Source: Zygnema circumcarinatum SAG 698-1b (lineage: Eukaryota; Plantae; Zygnematophyceae). Taken from it: a DNA stretch of 64,000 bases. A program made the position numbers and the translations under genes. The DNA lies in assembly GCA_037447605.1 (NCBI GenBank), contig CM074809.1, positions 1,726,689 to 1,790,688 on the forward strand, read 5' to 3'. The notes under the pieces are model-generated. The model was not told where the DNA came from. It searched no databases and worked only from the letters and a program-made list of their open reading frames with translations. This document shows positions 22,101 to 34,288 of this stretch, piece after piece (the stretch's first letter is position 1; every line of letters begins with the position of its first letter).

Positions 22101-24671
22101 TCAACTGCACCGACGATGTCTTTCTGGCCAGCGGGTGGGTATCACTGTTAGTTATTTGGGTTTTAAAGGGGTTATATGGTAAGGTTTGCTTGTGCGACAA
22201 TTTTGGGACATCTAGAGAGTGTGGTTAGACAACAGAAATTTTGGAGTTGCTTGCTTGTTTTTCTCTGTTTTTATCGATGATAGCTTCTCGTGGTTCCTGG
22301 AGGTTTTGCACAATGCATCCTAATGTAATTCTCTTCTTGCAGATATTCGAATGATGTCGGCCTCTATGACCTTCGTACCGGGCGGCGCCTGCAAATTTTT
22401 CCAAATCTTCACCAGGAACACATCAATGTGCTAAAATTTGCTCATCACTCTCCACACCTTTTTGCCACAAGCAGCTTTGACCGCGCCATAAAACTTTGGG
22501 ATGCGCGCCAAAACATATCTTCCCGCGGCCCGATCTATTCTGCTCACAGCGATAATCCCAATGTTATGGTGTGCTTCAGCCACGACGACTATTTCCTTTT
22601 GTCGTCGGCAGTAGATAATGAGGTGAGGAACTTACTTCCGGGCTTGAAGCCTTCAAGGGAGTTAGCTTTTGACCTAACTTTTGATAGCTTTTGATAGCTT
22701 TTTAGCTTTTTTTTTTTTTGCTTTTTATCTTTTAGTTTTTTAGCTTTTTTTAGCTTTTTAGCTTTTTAGCTTTTTAGCTTTTTCATCTATCTGGTGCTAT
22801 AACATTACTAATTTAGACAAAGTCTAGACATGCACCTGGTCATGCTTGCTTGTTGCGACAAGATTCCTCCACCACTTCAAGAAGTATTCATCTTACTGAT
22901 CCATCAATTTCACATGCCTCAGGTGCGTCAACATTTGGCTGTTGATGGGCGACTTCATCTCAAACTCGACCTGAAGCCGACGCGCAGCAGCCATAACTAC
23001 ACGCGCGCTTATTATATGAACGGGCGGGACTATATTGTTAGCGGAAGCTGTGAAGAGAATGCAGTTCGCATTTCTTGTGCACGAACGGGTCGTCAACTTC
23101 GTGATGTCGCATTTGAGGTGAGCACCACGAGGCATCGTCTTGACCCATTCCTGTCTTCACTACCGAGTGAGGCAGTTTCCTGCGCAAAAACCCCTTTCAG
23201 GATTCTGGTTGTGCTGCCTGGAAGAAGACCGGCTTTAGACTTTAGGCTTGTTCACTGTTTGCTGATTTGCACAAAAGCAGCAGGCTGCTTCGTAGGTGTG
23301 TCGCTGCATAATGGTCTCTGCTGATACTTTTCGATATCGCCTTTCCTGTGGGGGCTTGGGGAGAAAAGGGGCACGGTCACGTGGGCAGAGGCAGCAAAAC
23401 GAATCCCTATGTGCAGTCCTTGAGGGGAGACCCTGCCAAGGTGAGAGAAAACATGGGGGGCTTCTCTTGAAATGTCACTTGGATGGATGATGGCCTCACC
23501 GCGCTTTGGCAAGTAGGCTCTCTTTGGAAAATCCATCCGGGTTATTCGTAATAGTAACTTTCTAATTTAAGGATCGGGTATCCGGAATTCAGGATAGTTC
23601 AGAAGTAAAGTTTGTTGTTCAGAAGCCTGCTGTTAGTAACCATGTTGTGACAGAGAGATTTTGTACATACTGTGATGTTACTGCAGTTGCATTCTCACAT
23701 TTTCTGTTCCAATTATATAGTTCACGATGAATTGCGGGAATCAGCTCCATACTTGGATCTCATTGGTGCTTAGAAGTGAAAGTGCAGTAACTTGGTTCAT
23801 TACATTAATCTCTGTAATGGAACTCTTAATTTATCGAGTTTTTACTATTGCTGTTGCTTCTGGTAGCTCGTATGTAGTGTCTGAGTACTTTGCCTTTTTC
23901 TGCGTTGTATGACAGGACTTCAATTTCGGTGTTCTTGTCGCATATCACTATCCTACGTCTCGTTCAGAGATTATGAAGGTGACAAACTTGCGTTTCTCAT
24001 TTCCTAGGTTGTAGGCCATGGAGCTGCTTTCTCTAGTTTGAGGCATGAGCCGTCTGTCATTTTTACAGCATATAAACTACTGAATACAGAAATATGATCG
24101 GCAAGTCAAAAGTTCAGTTCCGCATATGCAATATGCGGACTATTCTTTTTTTGGAAGGTTGGTTTCTTATGAAGCCAAGTCATTTGGTGTTATATACCAC
24201 TCATGAAAGAGTTGTGTTACCAACATGTGGGTCTTTTTGTTTTTCTTGTTTGGAAATGCAAAAGTTGAACTTGTTAGAATTCAAAGCTCTTGCCAAACTG
24301 TGTGGTCCAGCGTCGGATCATAATCTACTGAGTAGAGAAGCGTGGTGCCAGTTATTCCCAAACTATGAACAACGGTTGTTCCTGTCACTTTCTAAAACTC
24401 TCTTGTTGCCCTGCATTTGATAACCAATGCTTTGCTGCCTGAACTCAAAGTGGGTTCGAGCTGACGGTTCTGTAACGTAAACGGTAGTTTTTGTTCAAGA
24501 AAGGTTCGATTGAATCTTTGGCTTCACAATCTTGGATACTCATGAAAGGTTCGTCTCCGTTGGCTCCATCTATTGCGGCGTTGCTTGCAGGTAAACCTTA
24601 TGTCGAGTAATGCGACTAAGCACAGTGAAAAAGAGATGCGAGCGGTGCCGCCTGCTGGTCTGGGAGCTTAA
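16115..24671 (+). CDS. DHU1: LRR plus WD40 (DWD) protein, ortholog-like to Arabidopsis DHU1 (DWD HYPERSENSITIVE TO UV-B 1); ~11 exons
   Basis: Exons 16115-16200, 16856-16921, ~17714-17963, ~18578-21211, 21452-21635, ~21866-22134, ~22342-22622, ~22923-23117, ~23390-23440, ~23917-23978, 24591-24671. Motifs: [170 protein letters not shown]. Confidence 0.88.
22676..22782. repeat. Intronic T-rich microsatellite (TTTTAGC)n
   Basis: About a dozen degenerate (T)nAGC units in a DHU1 intron. Confidence 0.8.
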
Positions 24672-26180
24672 CAGAAACCATTGGCGGATGATTACTCTAT
24701 TTTGAAAGGCTATGAATGCTGGCCTCCCCAATCAGCAACTATGGGTACAGCAGAGCTGTCGGTTATGTCCATTGCTGGATGCTTGTAATTCACAACGTGT
24801 ACACCAGTTGGTGACAGGAACATCAGTCTTGAGCTGGACTCGTATACCATGCTTGGAACATGGAGAGAGCTCTCACACTATTTTGGTGCTTCATGAAGAC
24901 GAGGGTGCTACTTACGCGGAGGTTTCTGAACTGGAGGAAGTTGAAATGGAGCTTCCAAAGCAAGGAAGGGGGGAAGCAAAGCAGACGCGTTGAGTAGCAT
25001 TCCTGCTTGGTATGTGAAGAAGCAACGCGTATGGGGTGATCTGTGATGTGCACCTTCTTCAACTGCAGCTCCATAATAGCAAGAGTTCTCTCACGAAAAT
25101 TGTATAGAACAGACGGACTTCATTTCACTGCCAGAGTCGGGCAAAGGTCAAATGCTAAACCGCTGAAGGTAATATACCCCAGAATTCCCTTCCTCGTAGG
25201 ATGAAATGTCCTCAACATCTTTAGATGTATGGGATGGAAAGCTCTCCAAGAGCTATCGCAGCGGGAAACTGAAGCTGAAATGGACTAGGACCTGGCTGGT
25301 CGAAAGCTCATCGGGAAGAGGCCAGAATAGGCCTATCATAGAGAGTTTGGGTGGCCACACTTCTTCATTACACGTTAGTGTGTGAGAGGTGTCATAGCTC
25401 ATACTGTGCACACAACTAAATTGTGTTGTACGTGTTGTAAAAAATTGTGATGTTAGAAAACGTTATTATAAGAAAGATTAGTTCTGTGTGGAGAACACAA
25501 GTGGAGAATGTCAGGCGTGAAGCTCCAATTGTTGTTTGATTTTCTGGATTGTGCTCTTGCCAATTGGAAAGTACCAGAGCATTGCTTCAACCAAGCAACC
25601 GGTCTGACAGTCAGTCAGTCAGTCAGTCTTCTGGAAGTGAGTATCAGTGAGATCCGTCTGAAGAATTGTTGACAGGAACGTTGTGTTTCATAACCGTTGT
25701 TCACTTTTACTATGCTTTCTTAATGAAAACTAAAGAGATTGAACAGTTGATGTTATTTATACCGCAAGATTGTGTTTTTCTGTGATGAGAAAAAGTCTAG
25801 AGAGTGTACAAAAGGCCTTTTGAGAGGGATGCGAAGTATTCTTCGAGATTGTTTGAGATTTGCCTGTGCACATATCGACGTTGTAACGCTCCTCGCCGTT
25901 GCACCATGCCATGTATATGCATTCCAAATGGAGGGCCAAGCATAAAAGCCACAAAAAAGGAGATCATAAAAAGGTTTTCTTGAAAAATTACTTATGGAGT
26001 ACAAAGGGTGTGTAACCATCCTCATGGTAAACTAAGTAAATTCTGAATTCTATACGTTCAATAATTTTTAGCGTTGCGGCCGATCCACAAGTTCAATTTA
26101 ATCTCCTACCGAACCCAAATGCTTCGTCATTTTTTGTAACTCTTATCCCTTTTACCTCTTTCTCTTTCATTTTTCTCTTT

Positions 26181-26446
26181 TCCTCGTGGTTCCCGTGGAT
26201 GAGTTTGTCGGTGGACATTTGGTGGCATCATCGCCATCGTGAGATCAACGCCCCGTCCCCATTCTCGTTCGCCGGATGGTATTGAAAGTTAAACCCCTTA
26301 AACCAATCTCAACTCCGAGCTTTTTTCTTTTGAGCTTAGGTCCTTTGCGGCCAGTTCCTCGTGGTTCCCCGTGATGATGTTGTCCATGTACTTCATCATG
26401 TGTTGTACATTTGATGGCCTCATCGCCATCGCGAGACCAATGCCGC
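26181..26446 (+). repeat. Two tandem copies of a dispersed ~80 bp repeat (also at 5324-5385 and 41706-41786 on the opposite strand)
   Basis: Units TCCTCGTGGTTCCC..ACATTTG(G/A)TGGC(A/C)TCATCGCCATCG(T/C)GAGA(T/C)CAA at 26181-26250 and 26356-26446. 41706-41786 reverse-complements to CCTAGGTCCTTTGCGGCCAGTCCCTCGTGGTTCC..GTACATTTGATGGCCTCGCCATCGTGAG, matching from 26335 onward. Confidence 0.75.
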
Positions 26447-27402
26447 TTCCATTTCTCTAGCGAAGCCACATTCATGTAATTGAATTTTCTCCTTAGTCCG
26501 CGAATTTCCAACTAGTTGCCCGCAAATGTAAGACCTTTATGCATGTACCATCCGCCTTTCTAAAAACAGGCTTACTTTTGCTCCTCTTTTTCTTTCGCTC
26601 CTATGTATTTTCTCTCCCGTGTCACTCCTTATGTGTCATCACTCATCACGTCTCTTACAGCCGCGTGCTGCTTTCTTCCCTATACCGATCTGTGCGAACA
26701 AAAAGAAAGTAGAAAATTGTTGTGGAGTCGTCTTTAACGAAGTTTCTCATGGGTTCTCTATCAAGTGAATGGAAGGGAAAAGGGAAGGGAAAGGAAGGGA
26801 GAAAACAGGAGAAAATAGCGCAGAAAGGGGAGAAATGGCTGAATCAACGCAAAATGATTAAACATAAGGAAAACAAGGACGAAAGCACACAAAGATGAGA
26901 CAACAGGAACAGCGCAACACAACACGAAAGTTAGGCAGAAAACCTCAGAAAACAGAGCAAAAAATGGCAAAAAAAATAAAAACTCGCAGCAAAACAGCAA
27001 CAAAAAGAACAAAAAGGCACACAGACAAGAACGGCGGAGCAATGCAGGGGATATGCCGCAGGAAAATAAAACAACAACGAGAGGCTGCCACGTGGCCGCA
27101 GCAGAGGCAGCGGTAGCAGGCGCCCGAAGCCCTCTCTTATCGCAGCGCTCACTCCCTCCCTCGCCCTCTCTCCCTCTCTCCGCCCTCTCTCCCTCTCTCC
27201 GCCCTCGAAAGTATGTATTTCGCAGACACGGCGAGAGGTGCCATAATTTTCGCGCTGAAAGTTCGCGGGCGTAATCTTTGGACGGGGGAGGCGGAGGGAG
27301 AGGGAGGGCGGGAGGGAGGGAGCCTGCTGCCCTGCTTGGCTACTTGGACGAGGGCCGGCGAGCGCTAGGACGCCAGCCGCATCCTGCAAGGCGGGGGCCT
27401 CC

Positions 27403-30400
27403 ATGGCCACCGCCTGGCTCGCTGATCTCAGCTGCATTCTTCTTATAGCCGCGATTTTGTGTCCCTCTGCTCATGGACAGCTCGCTGAGGAAACGTCGCT
27501 CCCTGCAAGGACTTCCTCTGCTACAGGGATGAAGCGAGATGCTTTTTCCATGTATCGAAGAAGATTCATCTCTGGCGCAATTCAGGGCGTCAAGAAAGGC
27601 TCCGGCTGGGAATCGAGCTTGGGCTCGGGTTACGAATGGGAGACGAAGCATTTCACTCAGACATTGGACCACTTCAGTTTCTCCCGAGAAGGCCAGCAAA
27701 CCTTTCAGCAAAAGTACATCATGTGGAGGGGAGTGTGGGGAGGAGCCGATGAAAATGCACCCATTTTTGTTTACTGCGGAAATGAGGGACCAGTGGAGTG
27801 GTTTGCCAATAACGCCGGCTTTATCCGAGAGGCGGCAGTGGAATTCAGAGCTCTGGTAGTCGCGCCTGAGGTGAGGCCCTTCACTCTCCCCGACGCATTT
27901 TGCACACTCGTAGGGTCTGCTTAACCCAGCATCTGGAAGGATGGAGCCACTGTAGCAGGAGCTATTGTTCAATTGATCTTGAATCGAAGGCGGGCATAAC
28001 TGGAGACTCAGGAACTTGGAGAAATGTTAAGCTCAAGTGTGATTAAATTTCTGGATCCAGGTTCTAGCTCACACTTAATTGTGGATCAGAAGTCAGATAG
28101 ATACTTTGTACTGGTAAAAACTAACTTCAGTATAAGGACAACATTCCTTCAGGGCCATATAAGAAGACCCCTTGAGTTGTGAATCCAGTTAAGCACCTCA
28201 TTTTAAACCTTGAAGTAGCGGAAGCCCAAGTATTGACGAGGCTTGCCTAAGTGTGGCAATGCCATATTCAAATAGGTGGTGTCAGACAGTTGTTTTCTCT
28301 CTGCATTTGCCTTGTGCTGTGCCAATTTATTTTGCGCGATCGAAATAGGCTGCCGTGGCTTTTTGGACCACAAAGTAAGTTATTTTCTTGCTGTGATGGA
28401 TATTCGGATGTTTTTTTGAACTTGCTTCATGCATTTTTTATTTGCGCCTAGTTTTTGACATTCCTTCAGTATAGTTGCACAAAAATATTGAAGCTCAGAC
28501 TATTTGGGCAATTGTGGGGCCCAAGTTTGCTATCATTTCGCACCAAGTCAACCTTGAAAATTCATGTTATCTTCAGATTTATTAAAATTGCGAGAAAAGG
28601 TTTCAGTATTGCCAGTGTCGTATTGCCGGTATTGACTACAATTTCAATACAGCGTTATTTGGTTATGAGTAATCAAATAACCAACTATCATCCGGTTTTT
28701 CGATATTAGAGATCTCGTATCAGCCACAGATGAGTTCGGAGCTATCCAAGAGGAGCATATAGTGTGATTTCAATTGCTGAATGCCGAGCTTACGTGATCT
28801 TGTTACTTATATTCTCGGAGACTATGAATTGAGCAGGTTGCTGGTCTTCCATTGCGTGATCGTTCATCCTCAGAAACGAATCCTGCTTAAGCAAAAACGT
28901 TTTCGTCTGTTGTGGGCTGCAGCATCGGTATTATGGAGAGTCTATGCCTTTTGGCAGCGTAGAAGCTGCCTATAAGGATGCTGATTCTTTGGCGTACTTG
29001 ACTACGGAGCAGGCCATAGCTGACTATGCAATCCTTCTGACAGATTTGAAGAAGAATTTGAGCGCTGAACACAGCGCCATTGTTCTCTTTGGAGGTTCCT
29101 ATGGAGGAAGTGGGTGTTCCTTCTTACCTTGCTTTCATGTTGCATGAGTGCTGATTGCAAACTTAGCTCATGTTTGGTAAAGTGTTGCTCGTCATTTGGC
29201 TCGCATAATGTGAGGAGGATCGTGAAGGTCATCGAATAAGGATTAGCTCATCCATACCAGCTGTAGGGTCCCAGCAAGTGGAGCATAAGCAGTGCGGTAG
29301 ACATTGACAGTTTTCGAGCTCTGAAATGCTGCAAGCTTTCATATGGGAAATCTGGAAGAATTGTATAGAGGCTTTCAATCATGAATCTTTGAAGTGAATG
29401 GTGCACGAGAGGTTATTGATGAGAGGTCATCACTTAGCTTCTATTTGCTGTGCATTTAGAAACTACTTTATAGTGGAGAGGCAAATTACTACTGTGGTGG
29501 TTGGCTTCGTGGTCATAAACTGGAAAGTGTAGATTTGTCCCGAATGATTTTTGCTTGTCGAGACTTTATCGTGTGTTACTTTAACCTTCATCTCATTGCC
29601 AATATGCAGTGATCGCGGCGTGGTTCCGTCTCAAGTATCCGCACATTGCTGTTGGAGCAATCGCATCGTCAGCTCCAATTCTGCAGTTTGGCGACATTGT
29701 GCCAGCCGATACTTTTTATCGAATTGCTTCGGAGGACTTTCGGGTTTGTGTCTCATCCTGTCGATCTGTTGCTTCTCCCGTTGGCCAAACCTTTGCCGAT
29801 TGGAATTTTGAAGAGTAGAACCTCAAAAAGTACAGGCATTGGGACTTAATAGTAGGTTATTAGCTGTATCAAGCGTTTTGAGCGCTATCAGAGACCGAAC
29901 ATGGCGGCCACCTCCTAATGATAGGGAGAACCCACTTAATGTGAGTGGGCCAGTACTTCACAAATCCTTGACAGTCCCCTTTTGGGAAATCTCATGGGGG
30001 ACAGTGCACGCATTCCATATACTGCGATATGAATGTGAATTCACGGTATTCCTATTCGTTGCAGATCCTCCAATGCTCCATCTGTCGACTTATAAATATA
30101 GCAGCTTCTGAAGGATTCGCCAGACTAAGATATAGCTTTGGACTACCCACACTTGGAGGAGGTGACAGCTATTAGATTGGAACCAATTTGGAAGAACCGC
30201 AATTGTTGTGGTCCCACTGCTGGCTAAGACGATGGCCAGGACCACACTAATTGTCTGGCCTGAATAAATTCCGTCGCTTGCATGTGGCATAATATAAGTC
30301 TGGAAAGTAGGATGTCTAGTTGAAATTTATCAACATTAACAGAACACTCAACATACGGAAATGAAGTTGAAATGTTATTGAGATCAGAACCCATCAAAGG

Positions 30401-33400
30401 TCATGGAAAACTTGGAGGCGGATGAGCCGACCTTTAAATGAGACCTTAGATTTGATCTCTTGCCCATGGACCTTTTCGCACATGGCGGTGGCGGAGGAGG
30501 GGGCCACCTCCTCCCTGCCCTCTGTGCTCCATTCCTTGCTACGAGACTAGCGTGTCGTCAGAGTTCTAATTATCCTCGTGAAAGTGATGAGACTTGCTTC
30601 ACATGGTTTGCTGAAACCAAATCGAGAGAATCTGTAAAATAAGCAACGCATGATTGTTGGAGATCTACACAATGCAACATAAGATTTTGGAAGAGCCAGA
30701 TTCGCACACTAGTGATAGAGAAAGGACTTCCGTGGAGATTGTGATCAAAGTATCTGTTAGACTCTGCCTTCAAAATTCAGTGTCCACGTAGTGACCATCT
30801 TGTTGCGTGGTATTTGTGTGAGCAGAAGGAGAGCGAAACCTGCTTCCAGACTATTCGGAGCTCATGGGATATAATTGAAGCCTCCGGATCAACGCTGAGT
30901 GGCTTGCGTGACCTCAGCCTCAATTTCCACATGTGCAGGTGAGCTGTGGGGCATCCCAAGGAAGGCATTGGACGGTTTTCTTTAAAATGAACAAAGGCAT
31001 GCCCTTTCACAAGGAAGACTATTCCTGCAGCTCTCACACTGAGTCTGTGGGGGCGGTTGGCCTGCAGGCGACTGGCGGGTCCGTGGGAGCTCAAGGATTG
31101 GCTGGCGAGCGCATACTCGTACTTGGCCATGGTCGACTACCCCCTGCCCTCCGACTTCCTCATGCCGCTGCCGGCCCACCCCGTTAGGGAGGTAGGTGCA
31201 CCACTCGCACAAGGCGCCCACCTCTTGCTTCCAGGGAGGTGTCCTATGGGCACAAGCCAGTTGAGAAAAGCCTGCCTGTGTGCTGGACGAAGGGGATGAA
31301 GGGTCTCGGTCGCAGGTTGCAAGTGGTGAAGAATAGATTCTGCGATTTGGCAAGGCTGCAGTGATGCATACTTGCTGTAGGCCCATCCCTGCATCTGAAG
31401 ACTCATAGCGAGTGGAGTCATGGGTTTGGAGGCAGCTTGAACTTTGTTTGAAAGCGTGCTTCTGTACGTTTGTTCCGTTGGCAGGTGTGCCGAGCCATGG
31501 ATTCCCTGCCCCCTGAAGCAGGTACGCTTTCCCGCATTTTTGCGGGAGTGAGCGTGTATTACAACTACTCGGGAAAAGTTGAATGCTTTGAGCCGACGGA
31601 GGACCCCCATGGGATGAGCGGATGGGACTATCAGGTGCTGGGGGTGGAGGATGTATTGGGGGTCTGTAATTCATTTTACGTTCTATTAGCGGCTGCATTT
31701 ATTTGAACCAAAAATGGCGGTGGCTTTTATAATTATGGAGCTTGACGCCTGCCGATTGGCCCACTATCCATGCAGTGCTTGTTCTTAAAAATTTGAAGCT
31801 ATTCAGTGTGGTCAAAACGTCAGACTACATAAGCACAGTTTTTTTTATGAATTTCAAAAAAAATCAGGATGGGATTTGAAAGTTAACAATTCCAATAGTG
31901 TGGAAGCTCAGTCCTAAAGATACTCATGCCATAGAATTTGCAGATGTCATTTTACTTCAATAACATCCCAGTGAATAGGATGTTACCTGTGACAAGAGGT
32001 GCATGAGTGCAATCGCACATGAAGATATTGGCTAGCTGTGCATTATGTATGCATGCTTGCAGTGGCAGACACCAAATGAGTGGACCTTCATGCCCTGTGA
32101 AGAAGAACGAGCCCCCCCCCCTTGTAGTGCATCACAGTCTGTTCTGTTGCCCCCCCCTGTCTGCAGTACTGCACAGAGATGGTGATGCCCTTTGCCAGCA
32201 ATGCCAGCAACAGCATGTTTGAGCCGTTCGATTGGGATCTGACGGCGGTGGAGCGCGGCTGCGTGGAGCAGTTCGGAGTGATGCCGAGGCCTGCATGGGT
32301 CCTCACAGAGTTTGGAGGAAAGGTCGGTCGAACTTACTATGAAACAAAGTCATGGCGGGGATGATGGGGCGTTGGGGTAACCACAGCAATTGGGAGCTTT
32401 CATGTTAAAGTTGTTTTTCGTCGCATTCGTGTTCAGTGTTTGCCACGTGTTGGCATTCTGGAAGGCTAGTAGGGCTCTTTGCTTTTGATTGACAAAGGGC
32501 ACAAATGAGGGCAGTTGGCTTCGTCGGACTGAAAACATTTTTTCGGTTCTCTTTCTAAGATTATGACCTGCTTATTGTGCAGGATATTCGTACTGTGCTA
32601 AAGCATTTTGGAAGCAACATCGTCTTCTCAAATGGTGGTTTGGACCCGTGGAGTGGTGGCGGGTAAGCAACATTCAACCATTCTTCCCCATCGGTCTGCA
32701 TATCTTTTCAACGTAAAATCAATTTCTGTTCCCAGCACAGCTACAGTACATTATTTTTGGAAGTCACAGGTTCGATGACCCGCATAGCCAGACGAGCATG
32801 TGTGCTTTGCCCCGTTCGTTCTCAGTCTCATCTTTGGGAAGACTTTTGGACTAAAGCAGGAAGATACCTGAGCTTACTCTGACAGACTTAGCTTGCTCTG
32901 AAAGACGAGTCCGGATTGGCTCCTATTTCTCGTCCTCTTTTCAAGTTTCAAGTTTGGCCTGAACGGATTCAAAAATCGAATAAAAACTTGTTCCTGACCT
33001 GGGTTTTTAGGTATTTTTTACGTCTTGGAAAATCTGTCACACCCGAACACGACTTTTGTTGCTTCAAAACGCACGGTTTGATCTGGTCAGTGTAATGTAG
33101 TGTCTAGTAGCGGGTAACCTCTTGTGATTTCTCAGCTTTCCATTGTTTTTCTTGCGTCGCAGTGTGCTTGAAAGCATCAGCGATACCATTGTCGCCTCCA
33201 TCATTGCTGATGGTAAGAAGCCTCTTTAATTTTCCTATCCAAAATGACACGGAACAAGGAGGGAGAACAGAGGGAGTCTCGTTGTAAATTAGATAGAACG
33301 ATCCAGCACTTACCGATAGTAGTTTTGGCGCATTGTTTGAACCGCCAGGTTGCAAAAAATGTTGCTCCGATATTGTCTTATTAGTGAGATAGTCAAGAAA

Positions 33401-34088
33401 GTACTCACAGTCCTGCATTGCTTTCAGTCTCTGACTGAAGGCCGTCTGCAAGGCTCTCCTCACTGCTGAGCATTGCTGTCTGCTCCTCGAACTCTCTCTT
33501 TTCTCGGACCTGTTACCTGAACCCGCTTGTGCGTCAGTTTCAAATACCGCCGTCTTCCATTGCTCGTCCTTCCCCTCGTCCGACCCCCTCCTCACCCCGC
33601 GAAGCTCTCTCCATTCTCCGCTTCGTGCATGCCTGAGCTTCCCCCCCTCCCTCCCTCCTCCCCCCCTCTCTCCCTCCTCACCCCCTCTCTCCCTCCTCCC
33701 CCCCTCTCTCCCTCCTCACCCCCTCTCTCCCTCCTCCCCCCCTCTCTCTCTCCCCCCCCGCCCCTTGGCTGCCCCCCCCAGGCGCGCACCACTTGGACCT
33801 GCGGCCCTCTACTGCCAACGACCCGCCCTCCGTCGTTGCGCAGCGGAACTTTGAGAAGGCTCAGATCCGTCTCTGGTTGGACGAGCACTGCGAGGAGAGG
33901 GGCAGGTGGGTGGACCTGTCCTGTGCCTCACTCTGCGGGGATGGCTCTCTCGAGGTATGGGAGGGCGGGAGCGTTCAACTCCATGCATCCCTATTGTTCA
34001 TCGTGTGTGTTGCATCAAACAAAGTTAGATTGTATATCTGCCTTCCGAATGCAGGAGAAAGGTGTCTGTCGTCGCTATTATGGATTGA
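27403..34088 (+). CDS. Lysosomal Pro-X carboxypeptidase-like serine peptidase, family S28; ~11 exons
   Basis: Signal peptide MATAWLADLSCILLIAAILCPSAHG; FTQTLDHF..TFQQKY..APIFVYCGNEG; catalytic Ser in GGSYGGMIAAWFRLKYPH; ESETCFQTIRSSW; YSYLAMVDYPLPSDFLMPLPAHP; GWDYQYCTEMVMPF; NIVFSNGGLDPWSGGG (Asp, ~32620-32660); GAHHLDLR (His, 33782-). The last exon (34055-34088) is inferred; read-through to a stop at 34116 is the alternative. Confidence 0.92.
33630..33760. repeat. Intronic C/T-only minisatellite (~39 bp unit) next to a 3' splice site
   Basis: CCCTCTCTCCCTCCTCCCCCCCCTCTCTCCCTCCTCACC-like unit repeated about 3 times upstream of the CAG acceptor at 33779-33781. Confidence 0.85.
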
Positions 34089-34288
34089 ATGGGGCCGTAC
34101 TTTGAGCTGGTTGTGAGAGAGTGAAGCTGGTTTGTTTAGAGGCATGAAGACTTCATTCGTGGCTACAGAAGTTGCGGTGAGAATCGAGGTTTTGTACTTT
34201 CGCTTGCAGGCAGGAGACCCAGTTCAGAGCCCCCTCCCTGAACGAGCACGGACTTGAAATCTTTTCCCTAGCCGCTCTCCTCGGCCTT

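Noticed and set aside
24712-25330. 93 aa ORF and adjacent sequence after the DHU1 stop
   Set aside because: No homology signal; consistent with 3' UTR or intergenic DNA.
26181-26446. Repeat-spacer-repeat arrangement considered as a CRISPR-like array or a C/D snoRNA
   Set aside because: Only two degenerate units, eukaryotic context, no cas genes; no consistent box C/D pair across copies.
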